64,000 nucleotides of DNA from positions 1-64,000 of the forward strand of contig AP024668.1 of NCBI GenBank assembly GCA_024346625.1, in the 5' to 3' direction. This stretch comes from Williopsis jadinii (lineage: Eukaryota). The notes under the pieces are model-generated. The model searched no databases and was not told the origin of the DNA. It was given only the letters and a program-made list of their open reading frames with translations. The stretch's first letter is position 1. Every line of letters begins with the position of its first letter. Made by a program: the position numbers and the translations under genes. Shown one piece after another: positions 51,906 to 63,196 of this stretch.

Positions 51906-54686
51906 ATGTTCTGGTTACAAACTCTTCTCCTGACTTGTCTATTTGCTCGGAATGCGTTATCGATCGAGGTTTACCAAGACTCCTCGATTCAAGTTGACTG
52001 TGGTTCCGACTCTCCCTCTTTCTACCTGGAACTTCAGGCAAATGGTACTGAGCTGGATGGTTACAGTATCTACGTCGCAAGTGGGTATACGTTCTATATC
52101 AGCGACAGCTCAGTGAAGACTTCTGCTCAAATTCTGACCAACCAATCTTTGCTTGTTGATAACTACATTGTTGGTATTGGTAAGAACTATTTATCCGTTC
52201 TTCCTCTTTCGTACTCATTTATTTATGCTGAGCCATGGACAATTGTTGACGGTTACTTGAAGTTATATGGGTCAGATTTCCACGCAGTGCCTTCGGGCGA
52301 TGAGGATGATGTTTGGGTCTTGGGGTCGATTAATGCTGCTAAGAATCGATCTGATATGAGGGTTATTAAGATCAAAGCTCGTGGGTATGATGGGAACTTG
52401 CTTGCAGACTACCCACCGACTTGTGATAGCTCATCCTCTATTGGTGTTTCATCCGTGTCAGAGAACGAGTCCTCATCTTCATCTTCCAATGGTGCTTCAT
52501 CAGCATCAGAGAATGAGTCCTCGTCTTCTGGAAGCTCCTCGTCTGCATCAATGGATGGTGTATATTCATCTTTCAGTGAACTTTCCTCCGTGTCAGAGAA
52601 CGAGTCCTCGTCTTCATTTTCCATTGGTGCTTCATCAGCAGCAGAGAACGAGTCCTCGTCTTCTGGAAGCTTCTCGTCTGCATCAATGGATGATGGAGAG
52701 ACAGTGTACAGTAACATTTCATCAGTATCTGTGAGTGAGCAAACTCCATCATCCAATGAAATTTCATCCGTATCCGAGAGCGAGCAGCCCCCATCTTCCT
52801 CTAGTACTTTATCCGTGTCAGAGAGAGCAGTCTCTTCTTCTGATAGCTCTACCATATCTTCGCTTGCTGCTGGTGTTTCTTCGAACACGCAACCTTCTCA
52901 AGTCTCTAATGAAGAGAATTCGTTACTCTCACTGACAACATTTACATCTGCTGGATTATCTAGTGGGATACCTCCAAATTCTGCAAGTTCATCAAGAGTC
53001 TCAGGAGGGTCAACTGACCTTCATTTATCCAGCAAATCTTCTGCATCGGTTGAGACGACAACATCTTCAGCTTCAATTTCTAGCTTGACTTCTAGCTCTT
53101 CAGTCTCAGCATCTCCAACCTTTTCAGGAAGTGTTAGTACAGATGGTGGAATTGCTTGGAGTATTGAGATTCCAGGTCACATTGGCATGTGGGAATGGGT
53201 TAACATTGTGTTAACCAAGAACGGAACAAATGTTGAAGGGTTTGAATACACTAATACCGTTTCTTATCTGGATGGGAAAGTGTTTGATAAGGTACAAACA
53301 TCGGTTTCGAAGGATACCGTAATTCTGAGTCTTAATGAATCGGTTTCCAATGAGAATGTCGTAACCTTTGTGATAAACAGTAAAGTGATAAGTGGAGGGA
53401 CCTGGACGTCACATGCACATGTCGAGTTAAACCTTTTGGACGAAAGAAGATTATTGAAGAGAGAACTTCTTTATTGGGATCTTGAACAAACAGTCAAGGG
53501 AGTCGATTCTTCTTCAAGTGCCCCAACAAGTGACTCAACAAGTACAACATCAAGTACAACATCAAGTACAACATCAAGTACAACATCAAGTACAACATCA
53601 AGTACAACATCAAGTACATCATCAAGTACAACATCAAGTGACTCAACAAGCACGTGGTCATCAACAGCAGATTCTGGCTCAACTGCTGAAGCCATGAGTA
53701 CAGACTCCTTGTTATTGTCTTCATTGTCATCGTTGGGCATCTCTTCCAAACACTCAGTATCCAATTCTAAAGTCACGGATGCATCGACCACAGCATCACA
53801 GTCCATGCTATCATTGTCAACAGCTCCATCAGACAGTGAGATATCAATTGCAGCCATAACTTCAGATCTTCTGGTACTGGCTCCCTCTACCACTCCTTCT
53901 ACGGAGGTAAATGTGACTACAGGCTCATCTTTGGAGACATCTTCTTTAGAGCCTGATATTACCATCTATTCAAACAAAAGCCAGGCCTGGAATTCCACTT
54001 CGGCAGTTGAACAGTCATCAACCGCTGTTATCACCCCAATATCATGTGATGAAGGCTCTTCCTCGCCATTAGACCTAACTGATGTTGTTGTAACTATCAC
54101 ACTGAATGATACAGTTACTTCCTTCACAACATTTTGCTCAAAAACCACCATTGAAAGCACAATTACCACCGCTTCTTTAGGAAGTAGTGTCGTTGCATGT
54201 GGTGGTGATTCATGCACTGATGTTCTGTCCAGTTTGGAAGTGTCAGTGGAGACACTGACGGAATCCCTTACAAGGTATTCGACCCACTTGTCAATGGAGA
54301 CAACAAAGACCGAGGCCTTGTCTTCAAGCGAAGAAGCCATCACAACCAGAGTTGTTGCTGGTGGTACCTACGATGAAGCACATTCCACTCATGCTCCATC
54401 ATCTGTTTCGGCTTCAAAGGCTTTGACTAAACAATCACCAACCAGCGCTGAGACTGTCAAGATAACACATGCGTTAACTAGTATAGGTACAACTACTAGC
54501 AACGACATTTCAGTCGATACAAGAACCCTCAACAATCAAGGCTTTTCAGTATCTACGAGTCACGAACCAAGCTCAGAGTATTCAATTGCTACAGAGTATA
54601 ACGCTGGCGCTGGCACGCTGATGAACAGCATAGCTCCAAGCGTACTCGGCGTCATGCTGACAATACTCGTACAAATGATACAGTAA
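51906..54686 (+). CDS. Ser/Thr-rich GPI-anchored cell-wall protein (adhesin-like)
   Basis: Signal peptide MFWLQTLLLTCLFARNALS, SENESSSS repeats, TTSS repeats, TT(F)C motif, C-terminal omega region YNAGAG plus hydrophobic tail. Confidence 0.85.
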   Translation: MFWLQTLLLTCLFARNALSIEVYQDSSIQVDCGSDSPSFYLELQANGTELDGYSIYVASGYTFYISDSSVKTSAQILTNQSLLVDNYIVGIGKNYLSVLPLSYSFIYAEPWTIVDGYLKLYGSDFHAVPSGDEDDVWVLGSINAAKNRSDMRVIKIKARGYDGNLLADYPPTCDSSSSIGVSSVSENESSSSSSNGASSASENESSSSGSSSSASMDGVYSSFSELSSVSENESSSSFSIGASSAAENESSSSGSFSSASMDDGETVYSNISSVSVSEQTPSSNEISSVSESEQPPSSSSTLSVSERAVSSSDSSTISSLAAGVSSNTQPSQVSNEENSLLSLTTFTSAGLSSGIPPNSASSSRVSGGSTDLHLSSKSSASVETTTSSASISSLTSSSSVSASPTFSGSVSTDGGIAWSIEIPGHIGMWEWVNIVLTKNGTNVEGFEYTNTVSYLDGKVFDKVQTSVSKDTVILSLNESVSNENVVTFVINSKVISGGTWTSHAHVELNLLDERRLLKRELLYWDLEQTVKGVDSSSSAPTSDSTSTTSSTTSSTTSSTTSSTTSSTTSSTSSSTTSSDSTSTWSSTADSGSTAEAMSTDSLLLSSLSSLGISSKHSVSNSKVTDASTTASQSMLSLSTAPSDSEISIAAITSDLLVLAPSTTPSTEVNVTTGSSLETSSLEPDITIYSNKSQAWNSTSAVEQSSTAVITPISCDEGSSSPLDLTDVVVTITLNDTVTSFTTFCSKTTIESTITTASLGSSVVACGGDSCTDVLSSLEVSVETLTESLTRYSTHLSMETTKTEALSSSEEAITTRVVAGGTYDEAHSTHAPSSVSASKALTKQSPTSAETVKITHALTSIGTTTSNDISVDTRTLNNQGFSVSTSHEPSSEYSIATEYNAGAGTLMNSIAPSVLGVMLTILVQMIQ
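53541..53636 (+). repeat. Intragenic 12-bp tandem repeat AGTACAACATCA x8 (STTS)
   Basis: Eight units, one with a single mismatch. Confidence 0.92.
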
Positions 54687-54893
54687 TCATGATGAGATGG
54701 TACTTGGCTTATTCTTAGATCTGTTCTCTATACCCTGTGTAATATACAAATTTCGAACAGAGCACCATGTTCTCACACACTATCAGTAAAATGACGCTAT
54801 AGCAACACTCCGAATAGCTCATAGCTTACAAGTTGCTTCCTCACCAAGGTACTCATCACCTCAGAGTGACATCGACTCGATGCAAAAAAAAAA

Positions 54894-54965
54894 CTCCGCG
54901 ACGGGGAATTGAACCCCGGTCTACCGCGCGACAAGCGGTAATTCTAGCCACTAAACTATCACGGA
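54894..54965 (-). tRNA. tRNA-Asp(GUC)
   Basis: Minus strand TCCGTGATAGTTTAGTGGCTAGAATTACCGCTTGTCGCGCGGTAGACCGGGGTTCAATTCCCCGTCGCGGAG; cloverleaf, B-box GGTTCAATTCC, followed by a T-run Pol III terminator (A run 54884-54893). Confidence 0.97.
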
Positions 54966-55379
54966 TTTTCTTGAAAACCGAATTTTTCAGGATGCTATAC
55001 GCTGTGACCATCGCGGGACGTTCGCACTAGATCGGAAACCTCAACCGACACCACTACACTGACGGGCTCTCTTTCCCAACGCCAATCTCTGTTCAATAGG
55101 CTCAATTGAGCCCGTAACTTCACACATAACCGGTCATATAACACTTAAACGTCGAGCCCTAGACAACCTCCTCCAGCGCTTTCTTTCCCTTCTCAGGCAT
55201 GGTGAGCCAGCCAGCACCAGCGATGCCGAGCGGAGCAGCACTTTTCCCGAAAGAGGCATCTCAGCATTGAATCAAGGGAATTCAGAACATTCAATGCCTC
55301 CTCTCCAATGTTTACATGGTCGCTGGTGGTAGGAAGCACTGCACAACTGTAAGAATTGTATGGCTCTGCACCCGTTAAG

Positions 55380-57329
55380 ATGAGCGGGAGAGACCAGACA
55401 GGCTATGAGATACTTGAATCTCTGGATAGCCCACCAGTAACCACGGTGGACCCGTTTTCTGATGAGTCGCATTACCAACTACGTGAGGATATCCCGCTAG
55501 TACAGACCAGCCACTCTGTGCCCTCGGAGGGCAAGGTGATAAAGTCACAACCCGTGTCCACGAGTGCCCCCGTGGTGTTCTCCAAGAGCAAGCTGCTGAA
55601 AGCCAGGTATCACGACGATGAGGAGTCCCAGCTGTTGGACCATGACCGTACCAATGGTGATGAGGCATCCAGTCCAACGACTTTCCCTTCATCCCATTTT
55701 CTCTATGCTGGCACACCGTCTCCCTCGAACAACAGTCACACGTCGAGGCCCAAGAGGTCGAGGTCTGTGATATCCATGAGATCGATTAACGACACAGTCT
55801 CGAGATGGACCAATTCGATAACCAAGTGGACATCGTCTTCAAACTGCATAGATGGCGTACCGAGTGAAATCCAATATTCAGTGTTTAAGGCTCCCCTGGG
55901 ACTAACCCCAGTGCGATCAATACCCAGGGAAGGGTTTCTGAACCAAGGCCCGGTGACTGAAGCCGAGTTCCATATCATTGTGGAGGATGCCATTGTTGCC
56001 ATTGAGACTGGGATTAAGCCAAAGCGAATCTCTGCTGGGTCCTCAGGCAGCTATTTCATTTACAGCAAGCAGAACAAGATAGTTGGCGTGTTCAAGCCAA
56101 AGGATGAAGAGCCCTATGGTCCACTCTCGCCGAAATGGACGAAATGGCTGCACAGAAATCTATTCCCATGTTTCTTTGGAAGAAGCTGTCTTATCCCTAA
56201 TCTTGGATACGTATGCGAATCTGCTGCCAGTCTACTGGACAGACAACTTCTATCGAACATTGTCCCCTACACGGACATTGTTTCGATATCCAGCGATTCC
56301 TTTTACTATTCCTTTTGGGAGAGGACCAGTTCCAAACCCTTGAGGGCCAAAGTTGGTTCTTTACAACTTTTCCTTAACGACTATGAAGAAGCAGATAAGT
56401 TCTTGAGCAAACATCCACTCCCCGGATCAGGCTGGCTATTACATGGACTCCAACAGGACTCGCTGCCTTCACTCCGTTTCCGTGATGAAGTTGACGATGA
56501 CACTACTCCGCAGTTTAGATGGACACCTGATGTTTTACAACAGTTTCGAGAGGAATTGGAGAAACTCGTGATATTGGACTACATAATGAGAAACACCGAT
56601 AGAGGGCTGGATAACTGGATGATTAAATTAACGTGGGAAACGACCCTGGCAGGGGAAAGTGTGCCCAAGTTGAAAATTGGTGCTATAGACTCAGGACTGG
56701 CATTCCCTTGGAAGCATCCAGATGAATGGAGATCTTATCCGTTTGGATGGCTATTCCTACCTGCAGACGTTATTGGCCAGCCGTTTTCAGATGCCACCAG
56801 AAGACACTACTTACCCCTACTGACCTCTACTGTATGGTGGGAGGAAACGTCGTTGCTGTTCAGGGAGCTATTTGCCAAAGACGACGACTTCAAAGAGCGC
56901 ATGTGGAAGAAGCAATGGGCCGTGCTGAAGGGCCAGGCTTTCAACGTTGTTGAGACTCTCAAGAACCCGACCCAAGGCCCCCTCGAGCTTGCAAGACGTA
57001 CTCGAATCCTCGTTTGGGATGAGATCATGGAGGTACCTGTGAGCGTTCCCACTAATGTCGTCAACATTGCTATAGAGACACCACTGTGTGTAAGGCACAA
57101 CAACAGAAACAAGCCATCTCCAACGCTGGATCCTATTCAAGAAAACCTTCCAGCCAGTGCACTGACTAACGATGAGCTGAAATCACCATCCAGCAGCAGA
57201 GTTCGCTCCAACTCGTGTTCCGAGTCCAACGGCCTGATGTTTGCACAGGAATCCATGGCCAGTAAGAAGGTGATCATCGAGAGACTACAGATGGTTACAT
57301 CTAAGCCACCTGTTTTCACGTGGTGCTAG
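55380..57329 (+). CDS. LSB6: Type II phosphatidylinositol 4-kinase
   Basis: GSSGSYF, VFKPKDEEPYG, PCFFGRSCLIPN, LDYIMRNTDRGLDNW, AIDSGLAFPWKHPDEWR, C-terminal FTWC. Confidence 0.95.
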   Translation: MSGRDQTGYEILESLDSPPVTTVDPFSDESHYQLREDIPLVQTSHSVPSEGKVIKSQPVSTSAPVVFSKSKLLKARYHDDEESQLLDHDRTNGDEASSPTTFPSSHFLYAGTPSPSNNSHTSRPKRSRSVISMRSINDTVSRWTNSITKWTSSSNCIDGVPSEIQYSVFKAPLGLTPVRSIPREGFLNQGPVTEAEFHIIVEDAIVAIETGIKPKRISAGSSGSYFIYSKQNKIVGVFKPKDEEPYGPLSPKWTKWLHRNLFPCFFGRSCLIPNLGYVCESAASLLDRQLLSNIVPYTDIVSISSDSFYYSFWERTSSKPLRAKVGSLQLFLNDYEEADKFLSKHPLPGSGWLLHGLQQDSLPSLRFRDEVDDDTTPQFRWTPDVLQQFREELEKLVILDYIMRNTDRGLDNWMIKLTWETTLAGESVPKLKIGAIDSGLAFPWKHPDEWRSYPFGWLFLPADVIGQPFSDATRRHYLPLLTSTVWWEETSLLFRELFAKDDDFKERMWKKQWAVLKGQAFNVVETLKNPTQGPLELARRTRILVWDEIMEVPVSVPTNVVNIAIETPLCVRHNNRNKPSPTLDPIQENLPASALTNDELKSPSSSRVRSNSCSESNGLMFAQESMASKKVIIERLQMVTSKPPVFTWC

Positions 57330-57554
57330 TGCACCACCTCGTAAGCGAATACTTACTTCAAATCTACGCATACATAATTGGATGTTAACGTAATTGGATG
57401 CTTAAGCGGATAAAACCCATAGAAATTTTTTTGTAGAGATGAGGTTGGTGCGGGATTCGGCTTCCGGCTTTTTCATCAACACTTTTCCATCCATGGATGA
57501 GTTCTCTCATCACAGAGCTGAGTCATATACAGCACGGAACACGAGGATCACGCG

Positions 57555-58496
57555 ATGTTTGAAGTTAAGAGAGTGCTGTCTATACAGTCGCACGTCATCC
57601 ATGGGTATGTTGGGAACAGAGCAGCTACGTTCCCCCTGCAGTGTCTCGGATGGGACGTTGATGTTATCAATACGGTCAACTTTTCCAACCATACGGGGTA
57701 CGGTTCAGTGAGAGGGACGAAATCCACGCACGAGGAGATCAACGAGGTACACAGAGGGCTTTCTGATATCGGCGTTGTGTATGATGCGTTTCTAACTGGT
57801 TATATCCACGGTGCGGAAGCGTTGGAGGCTGTTGGTGAGATTGGACGTCGGATGAAGGCCGAGAACCCCCAAATGCTGTGGCTGCTGGACCCGGTGATGG
57901 GGGATGAAGGAGAGCTCTACGTCAGCAGTAGCGTGATCCCAAGCTATAGGAAGATCCTGATGCAAGGTGGCGTGGACATCATCACTCCAAACCAGTTCGA
58001 GGCCGAGCTGCTGGTTGACTTCGCCATCGATTCCTACGACGCGCTGCAGAGAGCACTCGAGGAGCTACACACCAAGTTCAGGGTCGACCACGTTGTGATC
58101 TCGTCGCTCAAGATCGGAGACGACAAAAGCATCAAGGCCGTCACGTCGCACCGGACTCGCCAGCACACTCGCCAGTACATCTTTGACATCCCCTTCATAG
58201 AGTCCTACTTCACCGGCGTCGGCGACCTCTTCTCCGCGCTGCTGCTGGACCGTGTCTACGAATACTCTAGACTGGCCCACAGAGACTCGTACCTACAGCA
58301 GTCCGTCAACGAGTCGCTCTCCGTCATGGCCCACGTCCTCAAGGTCACCAGCGAAGCAGCGTCCAGGGAGCTGGGCTCTAACGTCGTATCCAAGATGGGC
58401 TCCGCCGACACCATGAAGTCCTGCGAGCTACGGCTCATACAGTGCAGAGACTCCTACTCCTCGAGAGAACAGCTGTTTACTCCAAGGAAGCTGTAA
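57555..58496 (+). CDS. BUD16: Pyridoxal kinase
   Basis: SIQSHVIHGYVGNRAATFPLQ, FSNHTGY, DPVMGDEG.LYV, TPNQFE, YFTGVGDLFSALLLDR. Confidence 0.9.
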   Translation: MFEVKRVLSIQSHVIHGYVGNRAATFPLQCLGWDVDVINTVNFSNHTGYGSVRGTKSTHEEINEVHRGLSDIGVVYDAFLTGYIHGAEALEAVGEIGRRMKAENPQMLWLLDPVMGDEGELYVSSSVIPSYRKILMQGGVDIITPNQFEAELLVDFAIDSYDALQRALEELHTKFRVDHVVISSLKIGDDKSIKAVTSHRTRQHTRQYIFDIPFIESYFTGVGDLFSALLLDRVYEYSRLAHRDSYLQQSVNESLSVMAHVLKVTSEAASRELGSNVVSKMGSADTMKSCELRLIQCRDSYSSREQLFTPRKL

Positions 58497-58817
58497 TAAA
58501 CAACACCATTCTACCGCTCTAACCCGTAAACATCAACACGCCCGGTGGTTGAGGGCCTCGACGGAGAGCTCCGACAACTGTGGCGTTTCCACTCCGATGC
58601 CTGTGTTGGCCCTAACCAAAACACAAAATACGTCATCGCCAGCGATGATTGGTAACATTAGGAAGAGGGCCTGAGAACGTAAACAAAGACTCTACAGACG
58701 CCTCGGAGGGGGTTATAGACGATCACCAGCGCCACCGTTGTCTCCAGCTACGTGTCCTTTTAGTCAGTATCGCTTCTTCGTGCTGAGCAGCTGCTGTGAG
58801 AGTGTGAATAACTAGCG

Positions 58818-61379
58818 ATGTCGTGCCACGAAGCCCTGGAAGCAGGCCCGCTGGCACCGAGGTTCCTACCATTGCATCCCAAGATCCCGTTTGAGAGGCT
58901 TACCATTGGCGAGCCTGACCGTAGCGTGTCTCCCACGCCGTCAGCGACGACAGCGTCGACGGAGGACGAGCTGCTGGTGCACAGATGGCACCATGACCAC
59001 TCTGTGCTGTCGACTGTTGCGTTCCCGACGCTGGGGCTTCTGTTCTGCGGTACTTATGACCACCAGATCATGGTTCTGGACATGGATACGTTTGAGAGAA
59101 GAGGCACGTTGAGAGGCCATACGGGCTCCGTGCTGTGCCTGGCGAAGTCGTCGGATGAGAAGTTCCTCTTCTCTGGAGGCTCGGACTCCCTTGTGAAGGT
59201 GTGGGACGTTGTAGAGTTGAAGGAGACGCACACGATATACTCGCTGGTTGATATTGGGGACATCTTTTCGCTGTGCTGGTGCGATGCGAACAAGACGATA
59301 TACTTTGGATGCCAGAATGCGTCGATACTGTTCATCGAGTTCGACTCGGAGATGAACACCGGTGATCCAAACAGTTTACCGTCCAATAGGTTTGACAAGT
59401 TCTTTGACTCGAAGGGCCCTACAGGTGCGATATCGTCGTCGAAGAAGTCCGTGGAGTTGCAAAAGACCACGAGACTGATCGAAGTCCCATCTTCTGGTAT
59501 CATGTCGTATGCCCATAACGGGTTCATATACACCATGAAGGTGTTTGATGGTACTTTTCTCATCACAGGAGGTGGTGATGGCTTAGTCCACATCTGGGAT
59601 CTGCGATCAGCGAAGGGGCCTCAGTTGGTACGAACTTTTGATAACGACGACAGTGTCCTATCCATAGCATTACAGGGGAATTTCCTGTATTGTGGTATGG
59701 CAAATGGTCAATTGAAACAGTGGGATCTACAAACTTCTCAACAGATTATGACTCTCCAGAACGAATCCGATGATTCTGATAACGATGAAGAGGACAATCT
59801 AACCATTGCAGTGGCTGATTATTGTATATTCAAGGCTTCAAGAAATGGTGTTTCCAAATGGAGATTTGGCTCCAGTCCAAGACACTTTTGGGAAGCTCAC
59901 CAAGGCCAAGTATTAACGTCTGAGGTTTTTACAAGAGACAAGAAGACTTACCTCGTAACAGGAGGTGATGACTCATCCGTGGCGTTGTGGAATATCACTA
60001 ATGCAAACACACCTACTCATGCACATCGGAAATCAATTGTTGATACTGATAACGAGTCCCTGTTACAACACTTGAATGAATTCGTGTCTTTTAGAACTGT
60101 TTCTAAAAACCCTGAATACTTCATTGATGAGTCTAGAAGGTGTGCTCATTACTTGACAAATCTATTTACAAAGTTTGGAGCAGAATCTGAATTGTTACCA
60201 GTGGACAACGGAAATCCAATCGTCTATGCATGCTTCAAAGGTCAGCAGACTCAAGATGGTTCAAAACGTCCAAGAATCTTGTGGTATGGACATTATGATG
60301 TTATTGAAGCTGAAGATAGCCTTGCGTGGAAATCTGATCCATTCAAGATGAACTCTACAGATGGTTATCTGTACGGTAGAGGTGTCAGTGATAACAAAGG
60401 TCCTATCCTTGCTGCCATCTATGCTGTTGCTGATATACTTCAAACAGGAGAGCTAACGTCGGATATCATCTTTTTGATTGAAGGAGAGGAAGAGTGTGGC
60501 TCCTTTGGATTCCAGCAAACAATCAGGAACAACGTTGAGAAGATTGGTGAAGTTGATTGGGTCATGTTGAGTAACTCATATTGGCTTGATGACACTACGC
60601 CATGTCTGAACTATGGATTGAGAGGTGTCTTGAGTGCCACTGTTGAGATCTCAAGTGATAGCCCAGATCGACACTCAGGTGTGGAAGGTGGTGTCTCCAG
60701 AGAGCCTACGATGGATCTAATCAAATTGTTCTCCAAGCTGACAGATGACAACGGCAGGGTTCTAATCCCACAGTTCTACGACACGATAAAGGAACTGACA
60801 CCCGAGGAGGAGAAACTGTACGACCATATCTGCTCCAAGAGCACAGTTCCTATAAACAAGGAAACACTCTTGGCCAAGTGGAAATTCCCTTCTTTGACTG
60901 TCCACAAGATTGACGTCTCCGGCCCCGGCAACAACACCGTCATCCCTAAGTCATCCACGGGCTATATTTCACTTCGTATAGTGCCTGAGCAAAACATCGA
61001 CGGCATAAAGCTCTCCTTCCTGAAGTTCCTGAAAGAATCGTTTGCACAGTTACAGTCCGATAACCATATGACGACAAAGATCATCCACGAGGCAGAGCCC
61101 TGGCTCGGTGAAAGAGGGAATGCAGCCTACAAGATCCTGGAGAGTGAAATACTCAAGGAGTGGGGAGCTGAACCGTTCTACGTGAGAGAAGGTGGCTCCA
61201 TCCCCTCGGTTAGATTCCTCGAGAAGATATTCAAGGCACCAGCTGCCCAGGTTCCATGCGGTCAATCTACAGACAACGCCCACTTGGATAACGAGAGACT
61301 CCGTGTTGCCAATCTCTATGCACTTAGACGTATCCTCAAGGGCTCATTTAAACGTCTTCCAAAGACTCAATTGCCATAG
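58818..61379 (+). CDS. DUG2: WD40 + M20 peptidase-like glutathione degradation protein
   Basis: N-terminal WD40 repeats (GHTGSVLCL, SDSLVKVWD); C-terminal WYGHYDV, GRGVSDNKGP, EGEEE, REGGSIP, AHLDNE. Confidence 0.93.
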   Translation: MSCHEALEAGPLAPRFLPLHPKIPFERLTIGEPDRSVSPTPSATTASTEDELLVHRWHHDHSVLSTVAFPTLGLLFCGTYDHQIMVLDMDTFERRGTLRGHTGSVLCLAKSSDEKFLFSGGSDSLVKVWDVVELKETHTIYSLVDIGDIFSLCWCDANKTIYFGCQNASILFIEFDSEMNTGDPNSLPSNRFDKFFDSKGPTGAISSSKKSVELQKTTRLIEVPSSGIMSYAHNGFIYTMKVFDGTFLITGGGDGLVHIWDLRSAKGPQLVRTFDNDDSVLSIALQGNFLYCGMANGQLKQWDLQTSQQIMTLQNESDDSDNDEEDNLTIAVADYCIFKASRNGVSKWRFGSSPRHFWEAHQGQVLTSEVFTRDKKTYLVTGGDDSSVALWNITNANTPTHAHRKSIVDTDNESLLQHLNEFVSFRTVSKNPEYFIDESRRCAHYLTNLFTKFGAESELLPVDNGNPIVYACFKGQQTQDGSKRPRILWYGHYDVIEAEDSLAWKSDPFKMNSTDGYLYGRGVSDNKGPILAAIYAVADILQTGELTSDIIFLIEGEEECGSFGFQQTIRNNVEKIGEVDWVMLSNSYWLDDTTPCLNYGLRGVLSATVEISSDSPDRHSGVEGGVSREPTMDLIKLFSKLTDDNGRVLIPQFYDTIKELTPEEEKLYDHICSKSTVPINKETLLAKWKFPSLTVHKIDVSGPGNNTVIPKSSTGYISLRIVPEQNIDGIKLSFLKFLKESFAQLQSDNHMTTKIIHEAEPWLGERGNAAYKILESEILKEWGAEPFYVREGGSIPSVRFLEKIFKAPAAQVPCGQSTDNAHLDNERLRVANLYALRRILKGSFKRLPKTQLP

Positions 61380-61590
61380 AGAGAGTATCTTTCAGTATAC
61401 TCATTGATACATTTTAGCAACGTGCTGTAGTGCGTGGGTATAGCGGTGTAGGGAGGGGTGAAACACCCGTACACCCCGGTAATCCCCGGTGATGCAGTAC
61501 ACGACATGAGTGCCATAGTTAAAGGCATATTTACACCCTTTTGATGCTTGCGAGTGGTCAATTACCCGAGATATACACACAAGTAGTAGG

Positions 61591-63180
61591 ATGGTTCAGT
61601 TTGCTGATCTTCCACAAGACGTCCTCGAGACGTTCATCTACTTCTTAAGCCCTGAGGACATCACCTCTTTGAAATTGACGTCAAAATCACTGTACTATCA
61701 GATCAGCAACTCCTCCTATGTCTGGCAGCAGCTGTATTACAAGACCTTTGGATCCAAGCCGACGCCTTATTCCCTGAACAAGTGGTCTGAGCTCTATGAG
61801 AGGCGCTCGAAGGGGAGGCTTTACTGCTGGGGCTCGATGGTTGGGGGTCGCTTAGGGTTCAACTCCTCTGACATCCCTAGAGATCACGTTTCGAGAAGCG
61901 CCTTCAGAACAGGGGTTCCGGTGCCTACTTTGGTTCCCAAGTTGGATACGTTTGTGCTAGCTGACGTGTCAGCCGGTGGGTTCAGCCATCAGCTATTGAC
62001 ATCAGCCGGTGAGATTTATTCTTTGGGTAGCTGGCACAGCGGACATCGCAGCGTTGGTCCGGACTCTGCTGATTACGAAGTGACACAACAGCACGCGGAG
62101 CCCACAAGAACACTGTATGAAGGAGGTAGCGGTGTGCCTTTCCCTCCAGATCTTGCTGCAAGGCTAAGAAGAGCCAGACCTCTGATCACTGGAAGACGTG
62201 GTGGAGGTCGAATCAACGATCCTACAATATTACCGTTCCCCTTGACATCTACGAGTCCAGTCCACCAGGAGGCTTCCACTACGAGAACTGATACAGCTAA
62301 CAGGTTTCTGAACCATGAGCATGCGCCTCAGAAGGGCTCCAATGTCAAGTTCATCTCTATAAGCTCTGGTAGATGCCACTTCATCGCGCTGGATAACACG
62401 GGTAACGTATGGAGTTGGGATAACCCTCGAACAGGATATGGTATACACATACAGTTCTTTGACGAGTCCGGCAACAACATCATTGACAAGGGCCATAAGG
62501 TGCTGCAATGCCATGCTGGCTGGAACTCCACTGTTGCCTACTTATACGGCTACGGACTCGTATATTGGGAGAAGAGAAGTGCTCTAGAGGAAGGGAAACT
62601 GTACGCAGAAGCACACCACACTCTTGTTCCCAATACTGGCATGATTAACGGCGAAGACAAAGTTATTGACTTCATGGTTGGTGATGGCTACCTCGTCTAC
62701 TTGACACAACGGGGTGAATTGTTCAGAAACGACATGATTGGAATGGAGTCTTATCCTCTGACCAAATTCTCCAAGGTTCTAGTGGAGAACTGTGACACCA
62801 CAGAGCCCAAGTTTGTCAGATTGAGTGGTAACTTCAACACCTTTGCATGCTTTACGAACGATGATTTGGTATTTCTCGGCTCTAAAGATGGAGATGAGCC
62901 TCAACTGGTCCAAGAGCTGAAACACAAGAATTGTATTAGCGTTGCCGTAGGCGACTATCATCTGCTAGCGTTATGTAACGACGGCTCATTATACTCATGG
63001 GGCTTGGAATCAGCAGGATGTGGCTGTCTTGGGCTGGGTACGGATCCACAGGGCTCTGAAAGGGAAGATCGTGGTTCAATTAGGGTTAGAAAGCCTACAT
63101 TGGTGGAGACTGAAGGAAAAGTCATTGCCATTGCAGCTGCCGGATGGCATTCCAGTGCAATTGTCATTAAAGACGACTGA
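61591..63180 (+). CDS. SAF1: F-box protein with RCC1-like repeats
   Basis: N-terminal F-box (LPQDVL..FIYFLSP.DI..L), RCC1 repeats (VSAGGFS, ISSGRCHF, VAVGDYH.LAL, IAAAGWHS); adjacent to DUG2 as in S. cerevisiae YBR280C/YBR281C. Confidence 0.88.
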   Translation: MVQFADLPQDVLETFIYFLSPEDITSLKLTSKSLYYQISNSSYVWQQLYYKTFGSKPTPYSLNKWSELYERRSKGRLYCWGSMVGGRLGFNSSDIPRDHVSRSAFRTGVPVPTLVPKLDTFVLADVSAGGFSHQLLTSAGEIYSLGSWHSGHRSVGPDSADYEVTQQHAEPTRTLYEGGSGVPFPPDLAARLRRARPLITGRRGGGRINDPTILPFPLTSTSPVHQEASTTRTDTANRFLNHEHAPQKGSNVKFISISSGRCHFIALDNTGNVWSWDNPRTGYGIHIQFFDESGNNIIDKGHKVLQCHAGWNSTVAYLYGYGLVYWEKRSALEEGKLYAEAHHTLVPNTGMINGEDKVIDFMVGDGYLVYLTQRGELFRNDMIGMESYPLTKFSKVLVENCDTTEPKFVRLSGNFNTFACFTNDDLVFLGSKDGDEPQLVQELKHKNCISVAVGDYHLLALCNDGSLYSWGLESAGCGCLGLGTDPQGSEREDRGSIRVRKPTLVETEGKVIAIAAAGWHSSAIVIKDD

Positions 63181-63196
63181 CCAAGCCCTTAGATAG

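Noticed and set aside
52409..54343. Acidic and VVLD-repeat minus-strand ORFs
   Set aside because: Mirror of Ser/Thr repeats in the cell-wall gene.
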